The translations under genes and the position numbers were made by a program. Shown here one piece after another: positions 7,327 to 17,418 of a DNA stretch of 64,000 bases (the stretch's first letter is position 1; each line of letters begins with the position of its first letter). The stretch is from Rugosimonospora sp. (lineage in GTDB: Bacteria; Acidobacteriota; Terriglobia; Acidiferrales; UBA7541), in NCBI GenBank assembly GCA_035636675.1, contig DASPYR010000195.1:4169-68168 (forward strand). The letters run 5' to 3'. The notes beneath the pieces are model-generated. The model made no database searches and was not told the origin of the DNA. It saw only the letters and a program-made list of their open reading frames with translations.

Positions 7327-8658
7327 TTGGGCGAAAAACTAAAGGGCATTTTTCTCTCAGCTGGCTTCGTGGTCGTGGTCGCTTTTATCGCCCGGATGGC
7401 GTATTGCTACTACGATCTTGGAATTCAAGGCGCTACGTTGCCAGCCAATCTTCATTACGGAGGCGAAACGGGCGCAATAGCGGCGGCCATTGCCTCGGGG
7501 CGTGGATTCAGTTCGCCGCTGCCGCTGCCGGGCATTAGGTCGGGGCCAACCGCTTGGCTTCCCCCGATTTACCCCTATCTTCTCGCCGGCATTTTCAAGC
7601 TCTTCGGAATTTTCACTTACAAATCAAGTCTTATCATTCGCAGCATCGACATGGCTTTCTCGGCCTTCACCTGCTGGCCGGTCTATGCCATCGGAAGGAG
7701 AGCATTCGGCAGAACCGCCGCAATATTATCGGCATGGTTCTGGGCACTTCTGCCAGATGGAATTTTCTACTCTGTTATTTGGACCTGGGACACGGCACTG
7801 GCCGGATTATGTATGGCCCTCCTGTTTGCGGCGACTCTGCAGATACGGGGGCGGAACCGGCTATCATGGTGGATCGGCTACGGCGCACTTTGGGCTTTCG
7901 GCGCGATGGTCAATCCGTCCGTGCTTTCCGTGCTTCCTTTTCTGGCACTCTGGGCCATCTGGCCTTTGCGAGAACACTTTACCCAAGCCATAAAGCTGGC
8001 GCTGATGGCCTCCGTCATCTTCATGGCCGGAATTGCGCCGTGGAGCATTCGCAACTATGTTGTCTTTCACAAATTCATTCCTTTCCGGTCTAATTTTGGG
8101 CTGGAGCTGTGGTTAAGCAATAACCCGGGAGTCCCAGACACCTGGGCCGGCTTCATGCACCCTACCGAAGATCCACAGGAAGCCGCTAAGTACGTGCGAA
8201 TGACGGAAATTCCCTATATGGAGGAAAAACAGAGCGAGGCCTTGGCATTCATGCGCACACATCCGCGAGACACGATGCGCTTTTTCTTTCGGCGCTTTGC
8301 CGACAACTGGCTAGGAGTCTGGGATGCGCCCGCTGATTTGTGGAATTACATGCCACCTTTCTTGAAGGCGACTTTAGTCTGGAATTGTCTGTTCTCACTA
8401 TTGTCATTTGCCGGTGCGCTCTTTGCTCATCGCGCACGAAGTGAAGCTGCGCTGCCGTTTGCGGCTGTTATGCTGATGTTCCCTGTAGTTTTTTACGTGA
8501 CGCACACGAACGGGCGTTATCGCTACCCGATGGATCCCATCATGGGCATCTTGTGCGTCTTCGCAATTGTTTACCCACTCTCACGGCTAAGGAAACGCAG
8601 TTTTGCTAAATTCTGGATAGCAGATTCGGTAACCAGCGCCTCTGAGTTCACACGCTAA
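7327..8658 (+). CDS. GT-C fold polytopic membrane glycosyltransferase-like protein (ArnT/PMT, GT39-like), paralogue 1
   Basis: 443 aa with many TM segments. The first loop, GGETGAIAAAIASGRGFSSP, resembles the acidic-residue/amphipathic loop of ArnT/PMT-type GT-C enzymes. TTG start with AGGA 10 nt upstream. The family call is from memory of the architecture, not from a search. Confidence 0.6.
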   Translation: MGEKLKGIFLSAGFVVVVAFIARMAYCYYDLGIQGATLPANLHYGGETGAIAAAIASGRGFSSPLPLPGIRSGPTAWLPPIYPYLLAGIFKLFGIFTYKSSLIIRSIDMAFSAFTCWPVYAIGRRAFGRTAAILSAWFWALLPDGIFYSVIWTWDTALAGLCMALLFAATLQIRGRNRLSWWIGYGALWAFGAMVNPSVLSVLPFLALWAIWPLREHFTQAIKLALMASVIFMAGIAPWSIRNYVVFHKFIPFRSNFGLELWLSNNPGVPDTWAGFMHPTEDPQEAAKYVRMTEIPYMEEKQSEALAFMRTHPRDTMRFFFRRFADNWLGVWDAPADLWNYMPPFLKATLVWNCLFSLLSFAGALFAHRARSEAALPFAAVMLMFPVVFYVTHTNGRYRYPMDPIMGILCVFAIVYPLSRLRKRSFAKFWIADSVTSASEFTR

Positions 8659-8769
8659 ACTTACGCATTTGAATTTACGCCGGTCGCAAGAAATGGGCTC
8701 CCCAGTCCAGAGCACTCCTCAGCCTAATTGGCTGGGATGAGAGCCAACGACGCGTGGAAAAGGCCATTC

Positions 8770-10119
8770 ATGCGGGATAAAGTTGGGCTACCAGGGAAAC
8801 TGAGCCAGATCTTCTGCTCGGTCGGCTTTATCGTTATCGTGGCCTTCCTGGCCCGAATGGCATTTCTCTACTATTATTTTCATTTTATTGTGCAGTGGGT
8901 GGTCCGCGACAATCTCCCGTTTGGTACTCTCGCAGGCGGCTACGAGGCTGGAGCCGTGGCGGCGGCAATTGCCCAAGGCCGTGGATTTAGTTCTCCGTTG
9001 AAAGTGCTCCAGACGGGGCCGACGGCTTGGTTCACTCCGATTTACCCTTACCTTCTGGCGGGGATTTTCAAGGTTTTCGGCGTATACAGCTACACGTCCA
9101 ACATAGTGATTTGTTTTGTCGACAATGTCTTTTCCGCGTTCACGTGCTGGCCGATCTATGCCATTGGGTCAAAGGCATTCAGTAAACGCATTGGAGCCGC
9201 CGCCGCATGGACTTGGGTACTTTTTCCTATGTCGCTGTTCTTTTCCACGGTTTGGGTCTGGGACACGGCGCTGTCGGCACTCATGCTGACCCTGATTGTC
9301 GCGGCCACGCTCCAACTGCGCGGCTGCGAACGCCTGAGTTCCTGGATCGGCTATGGCGCGCTTTGGGCTGCCGGAGCGATGGTCAACCCAACCGTCATTT
9401 CGATTCTCCCTCCTCTGGCCCTTTGGGCTTTGTGGCCCCTGCGGCGGAGGCTTGCCACGGCAGGCAGGCTCGTCCTTGCATCTTCACTGATCTTCGCTGC
9501 CGGAATCGCACCTTGGACGATCCGCAATTATGTCGTCTTCCACACGTTCCTCCCGTTCCGTTCTACTTTTGGGCTCGAACTTTGGCTGGGCAATAATCCT
9601 CTAGTTCCTGAGTTATGGTCGCGTGACCTTCATCCCAATGATGATGCGTGGGAAGCCGCGAAATATGCTCGCATGGGCGAAATTCCCTATATGCAAGAGA
9701 AGCAGCACGAAGCGCTGCTTTTTATTCGTACCCACCCGGCCGATGCCATGCGGTTTACTTTTCACCGCTTCTTGGATCATTGGATAGCGATGTGGGTTTG
9801 GCCCTCAGATATCTGGAACCGCATTTCTTTGCAGACGAAGCTGGGCATTTTGGGCAACTGCGCATTCGCTTTGCTGTCATTGGTGGGCCTGCTCCTTGCT
9901 CACCACGAACGGAATGAGACCGCGCTACCCCTTGCTTCGGTCATGCTCTTTTTCCCGCTCGTCTTCTACATCACACACACATCGCTCCGCTACCGTCAAC
10001 CAATGGATCCGATTATGCTCGTTCTCGCGGTCTATGCGCTTGCGTATCCAGTGACTTATTTGCTCAAGCGCTTTGCCGGGCTTGAAGCCCGCATCCCCGC
10101 GACCCACACCACGGACTAG
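8770..10119 (+). CDS. GT-C fold polytopic membrane glycosyltransferase-like protein, paralogue 2
   Basis: Long blocks are identical to paralogue 1 (GRGFSSPL, PIYPYLLAGIFK, FSAFTCWP, WIGYGALWA.GAMVNP, GIAPW.IRNYVVFH, FGLELWL.NNP, EAAKY.RM.EIPYM.EKQ.EAL). I chose the ATG at 8770 by analogy with the paralogue 1 N-terminus. The longest ORF starts at 8728 (TTG). Confidence 0.6.
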   Translation: MRDKVGLPGKLSQIFCSVGFIVIVAFLARMAFLYYYFHFIVQWVVRDNLPFGTLAGGYEAGAVAAAIAQGRGFSSPLKVLQTGPTAWFTPIYPYLLAGIFKVFGVYSYTSNIVICFVDNVFSAFTCWPIYAIGSKAFSKRIGAAAAWTWVLFPMSLFFSTVWVWDTALSALMLTLIVAATLQLRGCERLSSWIGYGALWAAGAMVNPTVISILPPLALWALWPLRRRLATAGRLVLASSLIFAAGIAPWTIRNYVVFHTFLPFRSTFGLELWLGNNPLVPELWSRDLHPNDDAWEAAKYARMGEIPYMQEKQHEALLFIRTHPADAMRFTFHRFLDHWIAMWVWPSDIWNRISLQTKLGILGNCAFALLSLVGLLLAHHERNETALPLASVMLFFPLVFYITHTSLRYRQPMDPIMLVLAVYALAYPVTYLLKRFAGLEARIPATHTTD

Positions 10120-10160
10120 CGGGACGCCGTAAGCTCCCAAATCGAAATCGGTGATCGGCC

Positions 10161-11549
10161 TTACGTGATGTTGTATTTTTTGGCGTAGTGGCGGTAAGAA
10201 CGGTAGGACATTTTGAGCAATTCCGCGGCACGTGTTCCGACGCCGCCCGAAGCTTCCAGCGCGGCGAGAAGGTAGGCCCTCTCCATATCCTGAATGTAAT
10301 GTTCCAGGTCGAGGCCGCCTTCGGGAAGTACGGGGCGCCCGTTCTTGGGAAGTTGCGCGGCGGTTGCACCCGAGGCGCCGTAGCGAATCTTTTCAGGCAG
10401 CACGGCCAGAGAGATCAATCGTCCGGTCTCCAAAGCCACCGATCTCTCCATGGTATTTTCCAGTTCACGAACGTTGCCCGGCCAATCATACGCTTCCATC
10501 TGCGCCATCGCAGCAGGCTCGATGCCCTCGATTGGCTTCTCCATGCTCTTGCGAAAGCGTTCTAAAAAGGTGCGCGCCAGCAAAGGAATATCGTCGCGGC
10601 GCTCGCGCAACGGCGGCAAGTGAATCGGGATGACACTCAGGCGATAGAAAAGATCCTCGCGAAATTCGCCCGCGGCTATGGCCTTTTCCAAATCGTGGTT
10701 GGTAGCGGCAATTACGCGCACGTCAATATCGATCTCCTCGGTGCTGCCCAGAGGCCGAACCTTGCCCTCCTGCAAAACACGATACAGTTTCACCTGCATC
10801 GTCGGGCTCATGTTCCCGATCTCATCGAGAAAAAGCGTCCCGTCGTGCGCCGCCTGAAACAGCCCCTGGCGATTTTCGTTCGCACCTGTAAAGGCTCCTT
10901 TTAAGTACCCGAATAACTCCGATTCCAGCAGCGTTTCCGGGAAAGCGCCGCAGTTCACGGTAATAAAGGGCGCCTGGGCGCGGCTGCTATTTTCGTGAAC
11001 CGCTCGGGCCACCAGTTCTTTGCCGGTCCCGCTTTCCCCTGTAATCAGGATGCGGCTGGACTGCGGGGCCACGGTGGAAATCAGATCAAAAATGGCGCGC
11101 ATATTGGGGCTTCGGCCGATGATATTGTCGTGCCCAGTGAACCGCCGCAGTTCCCGGCGCAAATAGCCGGCCTCATTTTTGAGTCTGAGGTTTTCCTCCA
11201 CCTGGGCAACGGCGCGGCGCAACTGGTCCACCAATTCGTGGTCCTTGATGACATAGCGATCGGCGCCTGCGTTAACGGCCGCGATCGCCGTCTCCACCGT
11301 CGGCACGCCCGTAATTAAGAGGAAGACCGTGGAGGGAGCCACTTCCTTGGCATAGGCGAGAAGATCGACGCCGCTCATATCGGGCATGCGGATGTCAGAA
11401 ATAACGATGTCGAATAACTTGGATTCCAGACTGCGGCGCCCCAATTCGCCGCTCGTGGCGATCTCCACGCGGTGGCCATCCTTTCGGAAAGTGATCTCCA
11501 GGAGTTCGCAGATGGAGCGCTCGTCGTCGACGATGAGGATGTTGGCCAT
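10161..11549 (-). CDS. pilR: Sigma54-dependent response regulator (PilR-like, NtrC family)
   Basis: 462 aa. REC domain (ILIVDDE..ISDIRMPDMSG), AAA+ activator domain (GESGTGKE, GAFTGA) and a C-terminal Fis-type HTH. Its start is 1 nt after the sensor kinase stop. Confidence 0.85.
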   Translation of the reverse strand: MANILIVDDERSICELLEITFRKDGHRVEIATSGELGRRSLESKLFDIVISDIRMPDMSGVDLLAYAKEVAPSTVFLLITGVPTVETAIAAVNAGADRYVIKDHELVDQLRRAVAQVEENLRLKNEAGYLRRELRRFTGHDNIIGRSPNMRAIFDLISTVAPQSSRILITGESGTGKELVARAVHENSSRAQAPFITVNCGAFPETLLESELFGYLKGAFTGANENRQGLFQAAHDGTLFLDEIGNMSPTMQVKLYRVLQEGKVRPLGSTEEIDIDVRVIAATNHDLEKAIAAGEFREDLFYRLSVIPIHLPPLRERRDDIPLLARTFLERFRKSMEKPIEGIEPAAMAQMEAYDWPGNVRELENTMERSVALETGRLISLAVLPEKIRYGASGATAAQLPKNGRPVLPEGGLDLEHYIQDMERAYLLAALEASGGVGTRAAELLKMSYRSYRHYAKKYNIT

Positions 11550-11550
11550 T

Positions 11551-13260
11551 CTAAGCCACCCGCGGCAGTTCGACGGTGAATTCGGCTCCGCGGTCTTTTT
11601 CTGATGTGACCGTTATGCGCCCGCTGTGAGCGTGTACGATCTGGTAAACAATGGCCAGACCTAACCCGGTTCCTCCCACGAAGCCGGATTGCAGCGGCTC
11701 GAATATCTTCACCCGCTGAGCGGGATCGATGCCCATGCCGGTGTCGCGAAAGCGAATGCGCACCCAGAAGGGAGCCGTTTCCAGCTTTACCGTTAAGGTC
11801 CCGCCCGCGGGCATGGCGCGGAGCGCGTTGTCGCAGAGATTCCAAAACACCTGCTTGATGCGATTCGAATCCGCTCGAACTCGCACCGGCCGGGCCGCAA
11901 AGATACGTTCAATGCGGTATTTGCCTTGCCACTGCGGATGCCTTTCGAGCAGAGTCAGCGTTTCGTCCAGCAATTCCGAAAGATCCGCATCGGCGAATTC
12001 ATAGCTCTTTTCCCGGGAGTAATTCAGAAACTCGCTGATGATGCGATTGAGCCGCTCCGACTCGCGGCTCACAATGTCCACCAGGTGTTTTTCATCCTCC
12101 TGCAAAGGAACCATGCGCCCCAATTCTTTCACCGCTCCCGCCATGGCCGTCAGGGGCTGGCGTATCTCGTGGGCAATTGCGGCGGAAAGCCGTCCAAGGG
12201 CGGCCATCCGTTCCTTTGTGGCGACCTCCTGCTCGAGCCGTTTCAGCTCGGTGAGGTCCTGGAAATTAATGACGTAACCTGCCCCCACACGTTCCGCCGT
12301 CCTAAGAACCGATACCGAAAGACCGAGGTAGCGTTGCTGGCCAGCGGGGGTACGGAAGTCAACCTCGTGCCGCTGAGGCAAGGCGTTATCTTCGCATCCG
12401 TCCGTCAGTTGCCAAATCCCCGGCGCAACTTCCATCAATTTATGCCCGCGCACCTGATCGAATTTCAGCCCCAGAATCTCTTCTCCTGTCCGATTGAGCA
12501 GCCTCAGCCGCCCCTCCAAGTCGGTGGTGATCAAACCACCGCGCATGGAATGAATGATGTCCTGGTTAAAAACCTGAAGGTCCTCTAACTCGCCTCGTTT
12601 GATCTCCAGTTCCGCGCTTTGGCGCCGGAGGTTTGCGGTCAGCAAGCTCGACAGGTACCCGACGGCAAAAAATGCAAACAGGTTGCTAAAAATCCAGGTC
12701 TGCAGTGTTTTGCCGCCGGGCATCGCCAGCGCCGTCCGCGGCAAGACATCATAGAAGACCAGCTCGACCATGCCTCCCAGAAGAATGAAGCTAAATCCGG
12801 CCACCAGAAACGTGGCGCGGCGGGAAAAAAGAATGCTGGCGACGATAATGAGCAGCAAATAGAGCGAAATAAAATGGCTTTCGTGACCCCCGGTGACATA
12901 AACCAGCCCGGTGACCAACAGCAAATCGCAGACAATCTCAAGCGGGGCATGCCAGCGGGCGATGGGCACCCAGTGCGAAAGGATCACGTAAAAAAGGGCC
13001 AGCGTATACCAGAGAATAACCAGAGGAACGAAATAACGGAGTGGGACAGCGACCTGGGTATACTGCTCGAGAACAATAACGATTCCCAGCAGCAGGGTGA
13101 TTACAAGAAAACGAACGCGGTTAAGCCAGCGGAGCCAGTCGCCTAAATTCTGATTTAGCGCCATCGCAGCACCAGAGGTTTGGGTGCAAAGCTCTCCTTG
13201 CAAATAGCCCGATGCTCCGCTCGTGGCACGCCGGCTCTCGCTCGTTTTCGCGTGGGCCAC
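11551..13260 (-). CDS. pilS: Polytopic sensor histidine kinase (PilS-like)
   Basis: 569 aa with about 6 N-terminal TM helices, a PAS-like segment, an H-box ([11 protein letters not shown]) and a HATPase_c domain. The start is uncertain; an internal ATG at 13164 ([13 protein letters not shown]) is also plausible. Confidence 0.75.
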   Translation of the reverse strand: MAHAKTSESRRATSGASGYLQGELCTQTSGAAMALNQNLGDWLRWLNRVRFLVITLLLGIVIVLEQYTQVAVPLRYFVPLVILWYTLALFYVILSHWVPIARWHAPLEIVCDLLLVTGLVYVTGGHESHFISLYLLLIIVASILFSRRATFLVAGFSFILLGGMVELVFYDVLPRTALAMPGGKTLQTWIFSNLFAFFAVGYLSSLLTANLRRQSAELEIKRGELEDLQVFNQDIIHSMRGGLITTDLEGRLRLLNRTGEEILGLKFDQVRGHKLMEVAPGIWQLTDGCEDNALPQRHEVDFRTPAGQQRYLGLSVSVLRTAERVGAGYVINFQDLTELKRLEQEVATKERMAALGRLSAAIAHEIRQPLTAMAGAVKELGRMVPLQEDEKHLVDIVSRESERLNRIISEFLNYSREKSYEFADADLSELLDETLTLLERHPQWQGKYRIERIFAARPVRVRADSNRIKQVFWNLCDNALRAMPAGGTLTVKLETAPFWVRIRFRDTGMGIDPAQRVKIFEPLQSGFVGGTGLGLAIVYQIVHAHSGRITVTSEKDRGAEFTVELPRVA

Positions 13261-13290
13261 GCCGCTTCGTTTTTGGAATGTGAAATCGCG

Positions 13291-14505
13291 TTAATGTCCG
13301 CCGGCCAGCTTGCCAATCAAGGAGAAGAGCGGCAAGTACATGGAAATAACGATACCGCCCACCACGACGCCGAGAAAAATGATCATGGCTGGCTCCAGCG
13401 CTGCGAGCAGATCCTTCACCGCTGCGTCGACCTCTTCTTCGTAGAAGTCAGCAATTTTTTGCAGCATCGCATCCATTGCGCCCGTCTGCTCGCCTACTCC
13501 GATCATCTGCGTGACCATGCCCGGGAATACGTTCGTCTCCTTGAGAGGATCCGCAAGGTTCTTACCCTGCTCCAAAGACTTACGAACGTGACTGAGAGCC
13601 TTTTCGATCACGGCATTCCCTGCCGTTCGGGCCGTGATATCTAATCCCTCGAGGATGGGCACGCCCGAAGAAATCAGAGTTCCCAGCGTGCGCGTGAAGC
13701 GCGCCACGGCAATCTTGCGCAAGAGAATGCCCACTAGCGGCAACTTCAGGAGCAAACCGTCCAGAATGTAGCGGCCTTTCTCCGTTCCGTGCCAGAGCTT
13801 TATGGCAATGACCATGCCCGCCAAAAAGACCACAATCAGCAACCCAAAGATGCTCCCCACAAAATTGCTCAACGCCATCACAATCCGCGTAGGTAGCGGC
13901 AGGTCCACGCCCAGTCCCAGAAACAACGTGACAAAAATCGGCACGACCTTCCATAGCAGAAGAGTGATAACGCCTCCGGCGACAAGCAGGACGGCCACGG
14001 GATAGACCAGCGCCGACTTTACCGCCCTCTTCAGCTTCACATTTTTTTCAATGTAGCTCGCGAGCCGCTGGAGAATCGTATCCAGGATGCCGCCTGCTTC
14101 TCCCGCTTCCACCAGGTTGACGTAAAGAGCGTCGAAAACTTTGTCGTGTTGCCGCATCGCCGCGGAAAGAGTCGCGCCGCCCTCCACCGACGCGCGCGTG
14201 GTCGTCAATACCGTCTCAAACGTCTTGTTCTCTTGTTGTCCGGCTAGAATTTCCAGGCACTGCACGAGCGGTAACCCAGCATCGATCATCACCGAGAATT
14301 GGCGTGTGAATACCGCTAAATCCTTGGCATTCACGCCAGGCTTGAAGGTGGGTAAGTTGAATTCCTTACCCTTCTCGGAGAGCTTACTGACTTTAATTTG
14401 CTGTCGCCTGAGCAGGTTGACCAGCTCGGCCTTATTATTGGCGGCTTGTTCCCCGGTCACGGCGCCGCCTGACCGATTCGTGCCGCGATAGACATAAACC
14501 GGCAT
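13291..14505 (-). CDS. pilC: PilC/GspF-family platform protein (copy 2)
   Basis: 404 aa with the two GspF repeats. The N-terminus MPVYVYRGTNRSGGAVTGE is typical of PilC. It lies downstream of pilB2-pilT. Confidence 0.9.
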   Translation of the reverse strand: MPVYVYRGTNRSGGAVTGEQAANNKAELVNLLRRQQIKVSKLSEKGKEFNLPTFKPGVNAKDLAVFTRQFSVMIDAGLPLVQCLEILAGQQENKTFETVLTTTRASVEGGATLSAAMRQHDKVFDALYVNLVEAGEAGGILDTILQRLASYIEKNVKLKRAVKSALVYPVAVLLVAGGVITLLLWKVVPIFVTLFLGLGVDLPLPTRIVMALSNFVGSIFGLLIVVFLAGMVIAIKLWHGTEKGRYILDGLLLKLPLVGILLRKIAVARFTRTLGTLISSGVPILEGLDITARTAGNAVIEKALSHVRKSLEQGKNLADPLKETNVFPGMVTQMIGVGEQTGAMDAMLQKIADFYEEEVDAAVKDLLAALEPAMIIFLGVVVGGIVISMYLPLFSLIGKLAGGH

Positions 14506-14564
14506 CCTCTTCCCTCCTCACCTGATCCTTGATCCAGAGCTCGGTTCAGGGCCCAACTGAAACA

Positions 14565-15686
14565 TCAGCGTCGCGCCGGTACGGGCGCACGCGCGCCAGC
14601 GCCGACCGGGCTGGCCACACCGCGGTTGATCATATCTTGCAATTCGTCGGGATTGGACGAGCGAGAAAGCGCTGTTTCCAGAGTAATTAACTTGGACGCG
14701 TAGGCGCTCGACAGCCCCTGGTTGAAGGTCTGCATGCCCGTCTGCCCCGTACCGGTTTGCATCGCCGAGTAGATCTGGTGGATTTTGTCTTCGCGAATCA
14801 GGTTGCGAATCGCGGAATTCGGAATCAGTATCTCCATGACCATGATCCGGCCGCGCCCATCCGCCCGCGGCAGCAGCGCCTGGCACAGGACACCTTCGAG
14901 AACCAGGGATAATTGAGCCTGAATCTGCGCCTGCTGGTGAGCCGGAAACACGTCTACGATTCGAGTGATGGTGGAGATCGCGGAGTTGGTGTGCAGGGTT
15001 GCGAAGGTCAAATGGCCGGTCTCGGCAATGCGCAACGCCGACTCAATGGTTTCCAGGTCGCGCATTTCTCCGATGAGCACTACGTCTGGATCTTCGCGCA
15101 ATGCCGCGCGCAACGAATTGGCGAAGGAATGCGTATCGGCATGCACCTCGCGCTGGTTGACCAGGCATTTCTTATGGTTGTGCAGAAATTCGATGGGATC
15201 CTCAATCGTGATCATGTGCTCTTCGCGCTCGCTATTGATCTTGTCGAGCATCGCCGCCAAGGTCGTCGACTTGCCGGACCCGGTGGGACCGGTTACCAGC
15301 ACCAGTCCGCGCGGCTTGTCACACAACCCCTTCACCACCGCAGGCAATCCGAGCGTGTCGAAACTCTTGATTTCCCAAGGAATGGTCCGAAATACCGCAC
15401 CGCACGCGCCGCGCTGATTAAAAAGATTGCCGCGGAAGCGGGCCAGATTCTTCAAGCCGAACGAAAAGTCCAGCTCCAGATTTTCTTCAAAGCGATGTTT
15501 CTGGGCGTCGGTCAATACGCTATAGGCGAGCGCCTTGGTATCCGCAGCGGTCAGAGGAGGCATATCCAGTGGCCGTAATTTGCCGTGGACACGCACCCGC
15601 GGCGGACTATTCGTGGATATATGCAGATCGCTGCCCCCCATCTCGATCATTTTCTTGAAGAGCTCGCTTAGTGTGATGCCTTGCAT
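14565..15686 (-). CDS. pilT: Twitching-motility retraction ATPase PilT
   Basis: 373 aa. N-terminus MIEMGGSDLHIS, Walker A VTGPTGSGKSTT, and no long T2SSE N-domain, as expected for PilT/PilU. Confidence 0.9.
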   Translation of the reverse strand: MQGITLSELFKKMIEMGGSDLHISTNSPPRVRVHGKLRPLDMPPLTAADTKALAYSVLTDAQKHRFEENLELDFSFGLKNLARFRGNLFNQRGACGAVFRTIPWEIKSFDTLGLPAVVKGLCDKPRGLVLVTGPTGSGKSTTLAAMLDKINSEREEHMITIEDPIEFLHNHKKCLVNQREVHADTHSFANSLRAALREDPDVVLIGEMRDLETIESALRIAETGHLTFATLHTNSAISTITRIVDVFPAHQQAQIQAQLSLVLEGVLCQALLPRADGRGRIMVMEILIPNSAIRNLIREDKIHQIYSAMQTGTGQTGMQTFNQGLSSAYASKLITLETALSRSSNPDELQDMINRGVASPVGAGARAPVPARR

Positions 15687-15699
15687 GACACCATTCTCC

Positions 15700-17418
15700 T
15701 CACAGCACGGTTTCGCGCAGAACTTCTTCCAGATTGGTCAGACCTGCGGCCGCTTTGATTAAACCGCTGCGCCGCAGCGTGATCATGCCGACATCAAGAG
15801 CCTTCTTCTTCAGCTCCAAAGCGGAAGCGCCCACGAGAATCAGTTCCCGCAATTCATCATTGACTTCCATCACTTCGTAGAGTCCGACGCGGCCCTTATA
15901 GCCATTCTTATTACAGGTGCCGCAACCCTTCCCTTCGTAAACGGTGGTCTTTTTGGCTTCCTCCGGGCTGAAGCCGGCATCGAGCAGCGTCTGCTCAGGA
16001 ATTTCCAAGGGCTCCTTGCAATTCTGACAAATTCGCCGCACCAATCTTTGGGCGCAGATCAAATTTACAGATGTGGCTACCAGAAAAGGCTCGATACCCA
16101 TATTCATTAGCCGGCTGATGGTGGAGGGGGCGTCGTTCGTATGGAGAGTGGACAAAACCATATGGCCGGTTAGGGCCGCCTTGACCGCGATTTCAGCCGT
16201 TTCGAAGTCTCGGATTTCGCCGACCAGAATGATGTTGGGGTCCTGGCGCAAGAAGGCGCGGAGGGCGGAAGCAAAATTCAGCCCGATCTGGTCCTTCATC
16301 TGCACCTGGTTGATGCCAGCCAACTGAAACTCGACCGGATCTTCCGCTGTCATGATATTCGTGTCGGGCGTGTTCAGGCGGGCCACCGAAGAATAAAGCG
16401 TATTGGTTTTGCCCGATCCCGTTGGGCCTGTGACAAGTACCATGCCGTAGGGCCGCAAGATCGCTTTCTCGAACTTAGCCAGGGATTCGGGCTCAAACCC
16501 CAGTTTGGTCATGTCCAGCCGGAGATTTTCCTTATCCAGCAAGCGCAGGACGATTTTTTCGCCGAAGAGCGTGGGGACGGTGGAAACGCGGAAGTCGAGC
16601 TCCTTGATCCTGCCGTCTTTGCGGTACTTGATCATGATGCGGCCGTCTTGAGGAAGCCGCTTCTCGCTGATGTCCAGCTTGGCCATGATCTTGATGCGAC
16701 TGGCGATGGCGTCTTTCAATTTCAACGGCGGCGTCATCACGCTCTGCAAAACGCCGTCGACGCGGAAGCGCACGCGCAATTCGCGCTCGTACGGTTCAAA
16801 GTGAATGTCGCTGGCGCCCCGCTTTACCGCGTCGGTGAGAACCAGATTGACCAGCTTGATGATGGGCGCTTCCTCGGCGGCTCTCTCCAGATCCGCCAAG
16901 TCCATTTCTTGTTCCTCTGCCGCAAGCTCCACGTCGCCGCTATCTGCGGCGCCGAGGTCCTTCATGACCTTGGAGAGTTCTTCGCCGCTGGCCACCTCAC
17001 CATAGAATTTGGCGATGGCCTCGTTGACGGAGGTTTCCGAGGCGACCACCGGCTCGACATTGAAGCCGGTCATGAACTTGATGTCGTCCATCGCGAAGAC
17101 GTTGGTGGGATCGATCATGGCGATGGTGAGCGTTGAGCCGACACGCGAGAGCGGTACGATCTGGTATCGCACCGCAGTATCCTGGGGAATCAGCTTTATG
17201 ACCGCCGGATCGACTTCATAATATTTCAAGTTGATCGAGGGAACCCCATATTGGCGGGAGAGGACCTCGGTGATCTCGTCATCGCTGATAAACCCCAATT
17301 TCATCAGCGCGGTTCCCAGCCGGCCCCCGTTCTGCCGCTGATGAGCCATAGCTTGCTTAAGCTGATCGGCAGTAATCAGGTTTTCTTTGACCAGGATTTC
17401 GCCGAGCCGGGAAGACAT
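15700..17418 (-). CDS. pilB: Type IV pilus assembly ATPase PilB (copy 2)
   Basis: 572 aa. N-terminus LGEILVKENLITADQLKQA, T2SSE_N domain, Walker A VTGPTGSGKTNT, and a tetracysteine motif CQNC...CGTC. Confidence 0.9.
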   Translation of the reverse strand: MSSRLGEILVKENLITADQLKQAMAHQRQNGGRLGTALMKLGFISDDEITEVLSRQYGVPSINLKYYEVDPAVIKLIPQDTAVRYQIVPLSRVGSTLTIAMIDPTNVFAMDDIKFMTGFNVEPVVASETSVNEAIAKFYGEVASGEELSKVMKDLGAADSGDVELAAEEQEMDLADLERAAEEAPIIKLVNLVLTDAVKRGASDIHFEPYERELRVRFRVDGVLQSVMTPPLKLKDAIASRIKIMAKLDISEKRLPQDGRIMIKYRKDGRIKELDFRVSTVPTLFGEKIVLRLLDKENLRLDMTKLGFEPESLAKFEKAILRPYGMVLVTGPTGSGKTNTLYSSVARLNTPDTNIMTAEDPVEFQLAGINQVQMKDQIGLNFASALRAFLRQDPNIILVGEIRDFETAEIAVKAALTGHMVLSTLHTNDAPSTISRLMNMGIEPFLVATSVNLICAQRLVRRICQNCKEPLEIPEQTLLDAGFSPEEAKKTTVYEGKGCGTCNKNGYKGRVGLYEVMEVNDELRELILVGASALELKKKALDVGMITLRRSGLIKAAAGLTNLEEVLRETVL

